Assembly (NCBI GenBank): GCA_043767845.1
Contig: JAYUFZ010000018.1
Location: forward strand, 3,312-67,311
Source: a bacterium
GTDB taxonomy: Bacteria; Patescibacteriota; Saccharimonadia; UBA4664; JBBRNT01
DNA: 64,000 bases
Reading direction: 5' to 3'
Within the stretch, counting starts at the first letter, position 1, and every line of letters begins with the position of its first letter. Shown in pieces: positions 1 to 8,699 of this stretch. The notes under the pieces were generated by a model. That model did not search any database. It was not told where the DNA came from and saw only the letters and a list, made by a program, of their open reading frames with translations. Position numbers and translations under genes: made by a program.

Positions 1-1
1 T

Positions 2-346
2 AATAAGCAGGCCGACGAGCAGAATTAATACGACCTGCAGATAACCCTGATAGAAGTATGCGTGCCAGATACCAAAGAGGCCGACAAAAGGGGCCAGCAG
101 CAGAATGGGCGCCGGGCCCAGGGCCCAATAGGCATGGCCTTGGAATAAAACCAGATCATTTTGCGATGCTTGGGCGTGCAGGAAATAGGTTTTGCCATGC
201 AACAGAGACTCGGCCAGGTCGCTGAACTGCTGATTCTTTTCCATTGATAGACAAGAGACCAGCATAGCCGATAGCTCGAAGATGATGATTGTTATCACCA
301 TAGCCCTGGGTAGAATACGCCTGATACGGGCATAGAAATTGGACAA
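2..346 (-). CDS. Partial integral membrane protein (possibly GT-C glycosyltransferase-like), runs off the window edge
   Basis: Not in ORF track. Manual translation from TTG at 346, preceded by GGAGG: MSNFYARIRR...QFSDLAESLLHGKTYF...DLVLFQGHAYWALGPAPILLLAPFVGLFG; open to the window edge and hydrophobic. Confidence 0.6.
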   Translation of the reverse strand, partial: MSNFYARIRRILPRAMVITIIIFELSAMLVSCLSMEKNQQFSDLAESLLHGKTYFLHAQASQNDLVLFQGHAYWALGPAPILLLAPFVGLFGIWHAYFYQGYLQVVLILLVGLLI

Positions 347-432
347 GTATCCTCCGCTCCGGGCTTAAGTATACTCCTAATTATGCCTTATCGACTGGTC
401 ACCAGCAAGCATAAGCCAATGCTATACTACTA

Positions 433-2271
433 ATGTTTAAGCGGGTGTGCATGTCCAAGAAAAGTATGATTCTGATCGCTGTAGCGACGCTGTGCTTGAT
501 ACTGGCGCTATTAGGTCTCGGCTACCTACTCAGCCGCACTCAGGCGCCACTCAAGCTGAGCCACGAGACAACCGACCTGCGGGTCACTAATGCGTTGCGA
601 GTGAGCTTTAACCAAGAGATCGACGGCTCTTTTCAGGCCGAGCTGGAGGGGTCACCCGCAGGACGCTGGGAGAGGATATCGGGACCATTTGGCGTTCGAG
701 AGGTAGCCTTCGTGCCAGCTAGCCCGCTGCCGGCTGGTAAAAATTTCACTATGTCTCTGCGGCACCTCCGGCGTGCCTACAGTCACAGCCTGATCGCCGA
801 AACTGAGGTTATTAGCTTTCATACCGAGCAAGCGCCCGACATAGCTTCGATCGCCCCGGCCGACGGTAGCTCGGACCAAGCCGTCTCATCTGTCGTTACT
901 ATTCGACTAACCTCACCGAACCATGGGCTGCGAAAGTTAATCCTAGTGATGACACCTCAGGTCGAGACGACGGCGCTCCCCGCTAGCGATGACCAAACTT
1001 TTAGCTGGAAGTTTCAGGTCCCGCTTACCCAAGGCGCGAGCTACCAGATAGTGGTACAAGACCAGAATATTACTGACCCAGCCGCCAGACAACTAGCCAC
1101 CAGCCACTTCACTACAGTCGCCGAACCGAAGGTCACAGGAACTGCCAGGGCTTATTTCCAGCCCGATGAAAAGCTGGCGATATCTTTCGATCAACCCATG
1201 AGACCGCTGGAAACGCATTTCCAATTTGATATCGGCGGCATTGGCGCCTGGACCAACCCCAAAACCTTTGAGTACACGCCATCCGGGATTCAGCCTGGCA
1301 CCACCTACGGCTATAGCGTGCTCAAAGGCGCTACCTCGGTAGCTGGCGGGCAGACCCAAGCCGATCACGCCTTCCAAGTTTCAACGCCTGGCCGAGTGGT
1401 CGTTACCAGCCGTAGTCCCACTGGCAGCAATGTTAGCCGCGCAACCCCAATCCGCTTTAGCTTTGACCAAGCCGTCGACCACAATTCGGCCCAGGGACAT
1501 TTCAGCCTCCAGCCCGGGGCCGCGGGAGCATTTAGCTGGAGCGCTGGCACCATGACCTTCACTCCAAGTGGCCTCGAGTATCAGACCAGCTACACAGCCA
1601 GCCTGAGCGCAGGTATTACTCCCATATTTGGACTACCAAGTAACCAAATCTTTAGCCTCTCTTTCGACACCGAACCGCAAGTCATTAAACTCTCGGTGCC
1701 GCTCTATAGACAAAGCTTGCCACTCAGCTGCGAGGAAGCGGCTTTGAGTATGGCTTTGGCCTACCGCGGTATTAGTGCCTCCGAAATGGATATCTTAACG
1801 CACGTCGGCTACAACCCGCGGCCTCGCGATACCGCCACTAATAGCTGGGACAACCCCTATGATATGTTCGTTGGCGACGTCAATGGCACCCAAAACAGTA
1901 CCGGCTATGGCGTCTATGGCCCTCCGATTGCCGCGGCCGCCCACGCCTATGGCCGAGGCGCTGCTGCCTATAGCGGTGTAACAGCCAATTTTATCGCCGG
2001 CCAAGTCTTGTCGGGCAACCCTGTCATCGTCTGGGGCAGTTCGAGAACACCAATAATGGAGAGCTGGAACACCACGAGTGGCATGGTGTCTGCTTGGAAA
2101 TACGAGCATACCCGGGTAGTGCTTGGGGTTGTTGGCCGGGCTGACGCGCCGCTCGGCTTTTACCTCAACGACCCCGGCACAGGAACCGCCATTTACTGGT
2201 CTACTGCCCAGTTGCTAGCCAATATGAACTCCCTCGGCAATCTCACCAACCAAGCAGTTGTCGTTTTATAG
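433..2271 (+). CDS. Membrane-anchored protein with Ig-like (SbsA/Big_5-type) repeats and a C-terminal C39-like cysteine peptidase
   Basis: N-terminal TM segment; repeated 'P.dGs.nV.....I...F.q' Ig motifs; QSLPLSCEEAA (catalytic Cys), EHTRVVLG (His), YLNDPG (Asp). Start may be 451. Confidence 0.8.
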   Translation: MFKRVCMSKKSMILIAVATLCLILALLGLGYLLSRTQAPLKLSHETTDLRVTNALRVSFNQEIDGSFQAELEGSPAGRWERISGPFGVREVAFVPASPLPAGKNFTMSLRHLRRAYSHSLIAETEVISFHTEQAPDIASIAPADGSSDQAVSSVVTIRLTSPNHGLRKLILVMTPQVETTALPASDDQTFSWKFQVPLTQGASYQIVVQDQNITDPAARQLATSHFTTVAEPKVTGTARAYFQPDEKLAISFDQPMRPLETHFQFDIGGIGAWTNPKTFEYTPSGIQPGTTYGYSVLKGATSVAGGQTQADHAFQVSTPGRVVVTSRSPTGSNVSRATPIRFSFDQAVDHNSAQGHFSLQPGAAGAFSWSAGTMTFTPSGLEYQTSYTASLSAGITPIFGLPSNQIFSLSFDTEPQVIKLSVPLYRQSLPLSCEEAALSMALAYRGISASEMDILTHVGYNPRPRDTATNSWDNPYDMFVGDVNGTQNSTGYGVYGPPIAAAAHAYGRGAAAYSGVTANFIAGQVLSGNPVIVWGSSRTPIMESWNTTSGMVSAWKYEHTRVVLGVVGRADAPLGFYLNDPGTGTAIYWSTAQLLANMNSLGNLTNQAVVVL

Positions 2272-2272
2272 C

Positions 2273-2959
2273 CTAATGCTGGGCAATCGTGGCGCCCCAG
2301 ACCGACCTGGCACCGGCTAGGCTGAGCGCTCTCGCCCCCTCGGCCAAAGTGGCGCCGGTGGTAATGACATCGTCGACGAGCAAAATGCGTGTGCCACGTA
2401 GCAGGCGGGGATAGCGGACATAGAACTGGCCTTCGACCTGCGACAGGCGCTCACTGCGCGATTTCCCAACTTGTCTGGTATTACCTAGGCGGCCAAGGGC
2501 GTTAACGACCGGCAGGTGGCAGAGCGTACTGAGCTCACGAGCTAGCAGTGCCGCCTGATTGTAGCCCCGGAAGCCGTAATGCGTGGCAGTGACCGGGATT
2601 GGCACCAGGAGGTCATAATGCGAAGCATCAATCCGCGGCACTAGCAACTCGGCCCCAAGCACGGCAAGGTCAGTAGCCTGTTCGTACTTGAGGCCAGCCA
2701 CTAATTGCTTGACTACTCCCTCATAGTACGAGGCGACTACAACGCCAGAGAGCGCCGTCTTGCCCAGGCAGCTCGGGCACGTTTTCCCCTCAGGGCTTAA
2801 CTTATTACACAAGTAGCAGACCGGCTGCTTGGCTACAATGGACCGGCTCAAGCAGTCCATACATAGTCGTCCACCCTGCCGACTACAGATCTGGCAACTC
2901 TGCGGCGCGATATAGTCTATGACCCGACCAAACAACTCCTGGTCCCCCTTAGCTAGCAA
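2273..2959 (-). CDS. comF: ComF family protein (zinc ribbon + PRTase domain)
   Basis: CQIC/CMDC/CYLC/CPSC zinc motifs, RGYNQA, LLVDDVITTGATL PRPP-binding motif. Confidence 0.92.
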   Translation of the reverse strand: MLAKGDQELFGRVIDYIAPQSCQICSRQGGRLCMDCLSRSIVAKQPVCYLCNKLSPEGKTCPSCLGKTALSGVVVASYYEGVVKQLVAGLKYEQATDLAVLGAELLVPRIDASHYDLLVPIPVTATHYGFRGYNQAALLARELSTLCHLPVVNALGRLGNTRQVGKSRSERLSQVEGQFYVRYPRLLRGTRILLVDDVITTGATLAEGARALSLAGARSVWGATIAQH

Positions 2960-2996
2960 CCGAGTGTTGCTATTGTGTGATATATTTGACTATAAT
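2954..2996 (+). promoter_or_regulatory. Putative hsp20 promoter with overlapping palindrome
   Basis: TTGCTA(2967-2972)-N18-TATAAT(2991-2996); palindrome TAGCAAC-N5-GTTGCTA at 2954-2972. Confidence 0.5.
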
Positions 2997-3072
2997 AGGC
3001 AAAAGGCTGCAGACATTGCAAACGTAACGGGATTGCAAGCCTCAAATAAGTGGAAAGTTGGAGGAGAGCCCG

Positions 3073-3504
3073 ATGGCAGGCAGGAAAAATGGCGGGAACA
3101 ATGAGGAGAATGTTTTGGAAGATGAATTTCTAGATGAATCGGCTGGAACCAGCGAAGACTGGATGGAAGAAGTTGAAGGCCAACTGGCTGTCGACGTTTA
3201 CCAAACCAAGGAAAATGTAGTTATTAAGGCTCCAATCGCCGGCGTAAAAGCCGAGGACATCGATATCAGCGTCTCTGAAGATGTAGTCACGCTCCGTGGT
3301 GAGCGGATTGAAGAGCGTGAAGTTGACCGTGAGCACTACTACGTTCAGGAGTGCTACTGGGGATCTTTCTCCCGCTCAGTCATCTTGCCAACTTCGACAG
3401 TCGCCGAGAAAGCACAAGCAAGCTTACGTGATGGTGTTCTGACTATCACTATTCCTAAGGTTGCTCAAGACAAGGTCAAGAAAATCAAAGTCCGCCCCGC
3501 GTAG
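3073..3504 (+). CDS. Hsp20/alpha-crystallin small heat-shock protein
   Basis: VDVYQT...IDISV..D.VTLRGER...YWGSFSRSVILP...A.L.DGVLTITIPK; GGAGGAG RBS before ATG at 3073. Confidence 0.93.
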   Translation: MAGRKNGGNNEENVLEDEFLDESAGTSEDWMEEVEGQLAVDVYQTKENVVIKAPIAGVKAEDIDISVSEDVVTLRGERIEEREVDREHYYVQECYWGSFSRSVILPTSTVAEKAQASLRDGVLTITIPKVAQDKVKKIKVRPA

Positions 3505-3508
3505 GCTA

Positions 3509-3631
3509 GTAAGCTGCTGTATTTCGCGCGCTTCTGCGGCAGAGCCTGCGCTGCTCCTTCACCGTATTGCATATACGCCTCAGTCCGCTGCTCGGCTCTT
3601 TCTTGAATCGCATCGAACTACAGCAGCTTAC
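3509..3631. repeat. Structured ~123 nt palindromic element, copy A
   Basis: 13 bp perfect terminal IR GTAAGCTGCTGTA/TACAGCAGCTTAC; internal AGAGCC/GGCTCT and CGTAT/ATACG stems; homologous to 3690-3813 in inverted orientation. Confidence 0.75.
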
Positions 3632-3645
3632 AGGCTAGGACCAGG

Positions 3646-3679
3646 AATTAAAAAGACCCCATATGGGGTCTTTTTAATT
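3646..3679. terminator. Bidirectional intrinsic terminator (34 bp perfect palindrome)
   Basis: AATTAAAAAGACCCCATATGGGGTCTTTTTAATT between the convergent hsp20 and pilin genes. Confidence 0.88.
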
Positions 3680-3689
3680 GAGCTAGCAT

Positions 3690-3813
3690 TGCCGGTTGTG
3701 TAGGTTGATGCAGATCAAGGAGAACCGAGCACCGTAAGTGAGGCGTACTTCACGGTACGGTGAGTGCGGAGCGCAAGGTTCGACGCTGATATGCGCAACC
3801 TACGCGACCGGCA
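3690..3813. repeat. Structured ~124 nt palindromic element, copy B
   Basis: 18 bp terminal IR TGCCGGTTGTGTAGGTTG/CAACCTACGCGACCGGCA (two G-T pairs); internal GAACC/GGTTC and CGTAC/GTACG stems. Confidence 0.75.
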
Positions 3814-3814
3814 C

Positions 3815-4189
3815 TTAGACGCGGCCGGCGACGAAGGTGACGGCGGCAAATGCCAATGAGGCAACAATGATGCCGATGATAGCATAGAGAATGGTGTTTT
3901 TGGCACCTTCGACAGCACTGGAGTTACCACTGGAGAGGACGTAGCGGAAACCACCAATGATCAGCATGATCACTGAGATGGCGCCTACTAGGAAGATCAA
4001 GGTGTTTGCAACCTTGCTGAAGATACCGCCAGCACCGAACAGTACGTTGGTGGCGTTGTTTGGCTGTGAGCCATTGATGCCGTTAATCAGGTCATCTGGG
4101 GCAGCCATTGCTGTACCGGCCAGCACGAGCGATGAGGTTGCTACTGCTGTAGCTTTCGCCGCAAAATTATTAATAGTGCTTACTTTCAC
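3815..4189 (-). CDS. T4SS pilin (VirB2/TrbC-like), probable major pilin
   Basis: Signal peptide then NTLIFLVGAISVIMLIIGGFRYVLSSGNSSAVEGAKNTILYAIIG; AGGAG RBS; own TGG-TATGAT box at 4235-4243. Confidence 0.85.
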   Translation of the reverse strand: MKVSTINNFAAKATAVATSSLVLAGTAMAAPDDLINGINGSQPNNATNVLFGAGGIFSKVANTLIFLVGAISVIMLIIGGFRYVLSSGNSSAVEGAKNTILYAIIGIIVASLAFAAVTFVAGRV

Positions 4190-4277
4190 GTTTTCTCCTA
4201 TGCGTCTAATAAATTTATGAGATTACTTAGCATTATCATACCATACAGGGCACAAATGCAAGCTAGACTAAGCCGGA

Positions 4278-4649
4278 TTACACACGCGCGGCAATGAAAT
4301 GCGAAATTGCAAAGGCCATGCTGGCTACGATCAAACCGATAATGGCGTAGAGAATCGTATCCTTGGCCCCGCTCACCGCACTGGAGTTGCCGCTGGAGAG
4401 GACGTAGCGGAAACCACCAATAATGAGCATAATCACCGAGGCGGCCCCGACAATGAATACTAGCGTATTGGCCACGGCCATAAACACGCCTCCCGGAGCG
4501 AATAGCTCTGTTTTGGCGCCAGCCGGCTTGGTGTTATCAATGCCGTCGGTCACGGCTTTGATGGCGCCATATACCGGGGATGACAGGGCGAGGCTAAAAC
4601 CTACAATGGCAGCGGCTTGAGTTCTTTTGATGAGTGTTTGAACAGACAT
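4278..4649 (-). CDS. T4SS pilin (VirB2/TrbC-like)
   Basis: Near-identical core to 3815-4189 (IIGGFRYVLSSGNSSAV.GAK.TILYAIIG); AAGGAG RBS before ATG at 4649. Confidence 0.85.
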   Translation of the reverse strand: MSVQTLIKRTQAAAIVGFSLALSSPVYGAIKAVTDGIDNTKPAGAKTELFAPGGVFMAVANTLVFIVGAASVIMLIIGGFRYVLSSGNSSAVSGAKDTILYAIIGLIVASMAFAISHFIAARV

Positions 4650-4668
4650 GATTGTCTCCTTAGGTGGT

Positions 4669-4974
4669 TTAGAAACGGCCCGAGATAAAGGACGAGATAG
4701 CATAGCCGGAAGCGGCCACAATAATACCTACTACAGCATACAGAATACCATCCTTGGCGCTCTTTACAGAGCTTGAATTACCGGCCGATATGACATAACG
4801 AAGGCCACTTACGATAAGGACAATTACCGAGATGACGCCGACAATGAGCAGCAAAGTGTTAACAATCTTTACTGCTACTTCAGAAAGTGAGCCGCTAAAG
4901 AAGCCGGGGCCGCTATCAACAATACCAGTGTTACCAACTGTGATATCAGCCAAGAAGGGGAGTATGTGGTGCAT
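4669..4974 (-). CDS. T4SS pilin (VirB2/TrbC-like)
   Basis: GLRYVISAGNSSSVKSAKDGILYAVVG two-helix motif. Confidence 0.82.
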   Translation of the reverse strand: MHHILPFLADITVGNTGIVDSGPGFFSGSLSEVAVKIVNTLLLIVGVISVIVLIVSGLRYVISAGNSSSVKSAKDGILYAVVGIIVAASGYAISSFISGRF

Positions 4975-4989
4975 AGTGGTTTTCCGAAA

Positions 4990-5325
4990 TTAAAATAGTG
5001 TCGTTGCAAAGGCCAGGATCGCCCAGGTCGATAGCGTTACAATAAGCCCAATTACCGCGTAGAGCAAGGTGTCCTTGGCAGTTTTAGTACCGCTCGGGCT
5101 ACCAGCCGATAGAACATATCGCAAGCCGGCGACCACTATGAAGATGACCGACAGCGTGCCGGCGATGAAGAGAGCCAGGGCAACGACATTGTGGATGAGT
5201 TGCTGCACTGCGAACAAGCCGCCAGTCGTACTGTTGTTTGGGTCAACATTCTGGAAAAGCGAGTTTGGCACGGGGTCATCCGCCAAAAGTCTGGGAATAG
5301 TAGCTATAAGTGACCGTAGAATCAT
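4990..5325 (-). CDS. T4SS pilin (VirB2/TrbC-like)
   Basis: GLRYVLSAGSPSGTKTAKDTLLYAVIG. Confidence 0.82.
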   Translation of the reverse strand: MILRSLIATIPRLLADDPVPNSLFQNVDPNNSTTGGLFAVQQLIHNVVALALFIAGTLSVIFIVVAGLRYVLSAGSPSGTKTAKDTLLYAVIGLIVTLSTWAILAFATTLF

Positions 5326-5328
5326 TGG

Positions 5329-5841
5329 TTAAATTCCTATTAAACGAAGAATGAAGAACATTAGGCTCAATACTATCAGACCGACGACGGCGTTGGCGAT
5401 GCGGTTTTTGGCTTTCTTGATAGCATCCGGGCTGCCCTGGGAGGAAATGAACTGTATCCCCGACACAATAATAACCAGCGCCGCCAACCCGCCAATAATC
5501 CCAAACAACCAGTTGATGGCGAATTCTAAGAGGGCGAAAATGGGGTTTTTATTCGTGCAGTTGAGTGTTAGGCCGGGAGTTGTAACCTTATCGCAGGTGT
5601 ATGGATCAGGTTGTGCAGGATTATTGCCAACTGCGGTACTGGTGTGGCTGTTGCAGTAAGCAACGCCTCCATCATCCTTAATCTCGTTCTCTGGAATAAC
5701 TGTCACGCCATCCGGGCAAAGCGCAGCCGCTCGAGCTACGGGAACGGAGGAGGGTTGAAGAGCTAGCCCGATTAAACCCAGTATAATTTGGAGAAATATC
5801 CCAAACGAAAGCATTAACACAAATTTGTAAAAACGTTTCAT
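5329..5841 (-). CDS. T4SS pilin with an extended Cys-containing N-terminal domain
   Basis: GIQFISSQGSPDAIKKAKNRIANAVVG; four Cys in the N-terminal extension; TACAAT 7 nt before ATG at 5841. Confidence 0.8.
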   Translation of the reverse strand: MKRFYKFVLMLSFGIFLQIILGLIGLALQPSSVPVARAAALCPDGVTVIPENEIKDDGGVAYCNSHTSTAVGNNPAQPDPYTCDKVTTPGLTLNCTNKNPIFALLEFAINWLFGIIGGLAALVIIVSGIQFISSQGSPDAIKKAKNRIANAVVGLIVLSLMFFILRLIGI

Positions 5842-5969
5842 TGCCGTGATTGTAGCCGAATTCAGGTTGCAAGCGCAAGGGGAGGGCTGTGGAGTAGACT
5901 CCAAGCAAAGCCGTTAATTCAACCTTTTTACTATCTTTAAGCCCTATTTGCCAGCGTAAGCAAATTGCT

Positions 5970-5998
5970 TTGACAAACAGGAGTAAATAGTGTAGAAT
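5970..5998 (+). promoter_or_regulatory. Sigma70 promoter of the T4SS-like operon
   Basis: TTGACA-N17-TAGAAT. Confidence 0.75.
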
Positions 5999-6037
5999 AC
6001 GAGATTCGTGAGCGCCAGAAACTAACGCTAATTAGCC

Positions 6038-8617
6038 ATGAGACATTTCTTCAAAAAATTTAGCCACACACCCCTTGTGCTTGGCCTTGGCGCCGTGGCG
6101 CTAGCTGTTGCAGTCCTTTTGAGCCCGGCCAAAGCAATGGCGGCCAGCGAAAGCTATTTCTATGGCCCGAGCTCCAATTTCAACACCGTCGTCGGCCAAA
6201 ACGGCGTCTTCGCCAAACCGACAGCCTTTACGCTAGCTTCGGAAACTGCTGATGCCAGGACTTATACCGCTACCCAATCCGTCACCTGCAGCAGCAAACC
6301 GGCCACTTCGACGCTTACACTGGTGGCCAAAAAAACCGACGGCAGCGGAAGCTTGGCAGTCGACGCTGCCACCGCCAGCTGCTATACCAGCGCCCCCGAT
6401 GCCACCATAGCTGTAGCCGACACCCAGGCGGCTGCCAAGCCGACAGTTCAGACTGCCGCAGCTGGGACTCCCGCGACAAGCAGACCCGCCGTCAAGCGAT
6501 GTGATGGTGGAGTTCTTACTTGGTTTCTATGTTCGCTCTATGATTGGATACTCAAATCAATCGACCAGATTGAACAAAACGTCATCGTACCCTTCCTCAA
6601 GATAGACCCGCTGGTCTTTGGAGACGCCAACAACCCCGGGTATGCCATTTGGCAAGGCGTGCGTACTCTAGCAAACGTCGTCTTTGTCTTGGCCTTTTTG
6701 GTCATTATATTTGCCAACACTCTTTCGCTGTCACTTGATAGCTACTCACTCAAAAAAACTCTGCCCAAGCTTGTAGCCGCGGCTATCCTGGTGCAGTTCT
6801 CATACTTAATCGTTGGGCTGGCCATCGACCTTACCAATATCGTTGGCTCTGGCCTAGGTGATTTGGTCATGACGCCCTTCAAGGTCGCCCAGCAGACCCA
6901 TATTAGTAATGGTGTAGCGGCGGGCCTCTGGGGCGTCGGCATCGCTGGTAGTATTTCCGCTACCTTGGCGCTCGCTAGTGGCGTGCTGACCGGTGGCATT
7001 CTATTCGTATTAATCGGTGCTTTCTTCGCAGTATTGGGCGTATTCTTAACGCTCGTGGCACGGCAGATTCTCGTGACACTACTGCTTATACTCTCTCCCT
7101 TGGCCTTCGTTGCTTGGGTGCTACCAAATACTAGCCATTACTTCACTATGTGGCGCAAATCGCTGACACGGCTACTAGTGATGTACCCGATTGTCGTTTT
7201 ACTGTTTGTGAGCGGCAAAATATTTAGTACCGTTACAGTGGCAGCCAACGGTGGTGGCGCAGGTAATGACACAATTCGTTCCCTTATAAGTGTCGTCGCT
7301 GGCGTTATTCCACTCTTCCTAATCCCTGCCGCCTTCAAATTTGCCGGTGCCGCGCTCTCAACAGTAGATGGCCTCATGCAGACAGTCCATGGCCGTAGCC
7401 GCAAAGCCTTCGAGGGATCGGGAGTTTACGAGCGGGCAAAAGCCCGTACAGACCAGCGCCGCACCGAACTGGCTAGCGGAAATAAGATTAAGTTCCTGGG
7501 CTCCAAGAAACTAGGCGACGCAATTACGGGCAATAGCCTCACGACATTAACAGCTCAGGGTCTGCCAGGCCTACTCTCGTATGGGGCCGATCACGCGCGG
7601 GCAAGCCTCAAGGGCGTTCCTTATGCTGGCTCGCACCAAGACGTCAAGGCTGTCTCTGACTTCATGAAAGAACGCAACGCCTGGGCTAAACGCCTTGAAG
7701 AAGAAGGCTTAAGCTTCAATGCCTATGCCGTACTAAGTAGAGGCAATAAGTGGGCCGACAAAGAAATAACTGACCTTAATGGCAAAGCTCAAACTGCTGC
7801 TACATCATCGCAAACTGCTGCTCAAACTGCTGCGAACTTCACGGCTGCTGCTCAAGCCTCTCGCCAAGCTGCGCAACAAGCAACAGCCGCGGGCAATACG
7901 ACCCTCGCAACGCAACTCAGCCAAACAGCCACCCAGCAAGATAGCGAAGCTTCCCGCCAGACGGCAATTTCCACGAGCCAGGCACGCAAGCACAGCGGCT
8001 TTCTTAGTGAAGTTAGCTCCATGCAAGGGGCAAAGCTGGAAGCAAGCCGCTATATGGGCGTCAGCGCCGCCCGTGTAGCTGCATTTAAACACCTTTCTGA
8101 CATCGATGTAGCTGGTGAGGACGACCTGAATGCACTTAAAAATTACTCTGGTATGGACGGAGGCTCAACAGTCGGTAAGTTGCTCGCTACCCAGAATTGG
8201 GAGCAACTAAAAGAAGGTGCACGAAAGACTAATGTACACTTGGCTTATAAGAATGTTGATGGCAGTATTGACAACACTGAGCTCTACAAGTTTGTTCAAA
8301 AGAAGAATAAAACAGCCTGGGCTGATTACTCGCTGGATGCCATCCATCACATGGCAGAAACCGGCATCTTGCATGAATTAGCAAAAGATGAAGGTATGCG
8401 CAAAACACTTACTGGAGCAACAAGCCTAGAGGGTGGTCCAAGCCTGGCTGCCCCGCAGGACGTCTTAGTACGCAAAATTCTCGCTGAAACCGACCCTGAT
8501 CCAGCCGTGCGAATCAATGGAACTTTCTCAAGCTACAACAAAAATACGGTCAAGACCTTTACTAAGGCCCAAAAGGACCAATCCAAAGCGAGCGCTGATA
8601 CTCTCGATTTCTCATAG
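6038..8617 (+). CDS. VirB6/TrbL-like polytopic membrane protein, paralogue 1
   Basis: Signal peptide, extracellular domain, CDGGVLTWFLC, W..VR.LANV.FV, KK.LPKL..AA.LV.FS, LSPLAFVAWVLPNT..YF..W; T4SS context. Confidence 0.75.
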   Translation: MRHFFKKFSHTPLVLGLGAVALAVAVLLSPAKAMAASESYFYGPSSNFNTVVGQNGVFAKPTAFTLASETADARTYTATQSVTCSSKPATSTLTLVAKKTDGSGSLAVDAATASCYTSAPDATIAVADTQAAAKPTVQTAAAGTPATSRPAVKRCDGGVLTWFLCSLYDWILKSIDQIEQNVIVPFLKIDPLVFGDANNPGYAIWQGVRTLANVVFVLAFLVIIFANTLSLSLDSYSLKKTLPKLVAAAILVQFSYLIVGLAIDLTNIVGSGLGDLVMTPFKVAQQTHISNGVAAGLWGVGIAGSISATLALASGVLTGGILFVLIGAFFAVLGVFLTLVARQILVTLLLILSPLAFVAWVLPNTSHYFTMWRKSLTRLLVMYPIVVLLFVSGKIFSTVTVAANGGGAGNDTIRSLISVVAGVIPLFLIPAAFKFAGAALSTVDGLMQTVHGRSRKAFEGSGVYERAKARTDQRRTELASGNKIKFLGSKKLGDAITGNSLTTLTAQGLPGLLSYGADHARASLKGVPYAGSHQDVKAVSDFMKERNAWAKRLEEEGLSFNAYAVLSRGNKWADKEITDLNGKAQTAATSSQTAAQTAANFTAAAQASRQAAQQATAAGNTTLATQLSQTATQQDSEASRQTAISTSQARKHSGFLSEVSSMQGAKLEASRYMGVSAARVAAFKHLSDIDVAGEDDLNALKNYSGMDGGSTVGKLLATQNWEQLKEGARKTNVHLAYKNVDGSIDNTELYKFVQKKNKTAWADYSLDAIHHMAETGILHELAKDEGMRKTLTGATSLEGGPSLAAPQDVLVRKILAETDPDPAVRINGTFSSYNKNTVKTFTKAQKDQSKASADTLDFS

Positions 8618-8635
8618 ATTCACCGTCACGTTTTT

Positions 8636-8671
8636 AAATAGACCACCCATTCTCAGCGGTCTATTTTTTTT
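8636..8671 (+). terminator. Intrinsic terminator between the two VirB6-like genes
   Basis: AAATAGACC...GGTCTATTT followed by a T-tract. Confidence 0.65.
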
Positions 8672-8699
8672 GCCCCGCCGATGTAGTACCATAACTAGT

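Noticed and set aside
3461-3957. 80 aa ORFs 3461-3703 and 3715-3957
   Set aside because: They overlap real genes and run through the palindromic elements or terminator; no protein-like signal
8517-8699. N-terminal extension of the 1293 aa ORF
   Set aside because: It overlaps the upstream gene and crosses a terminator; ATG 8700 gives a proper signal peptide
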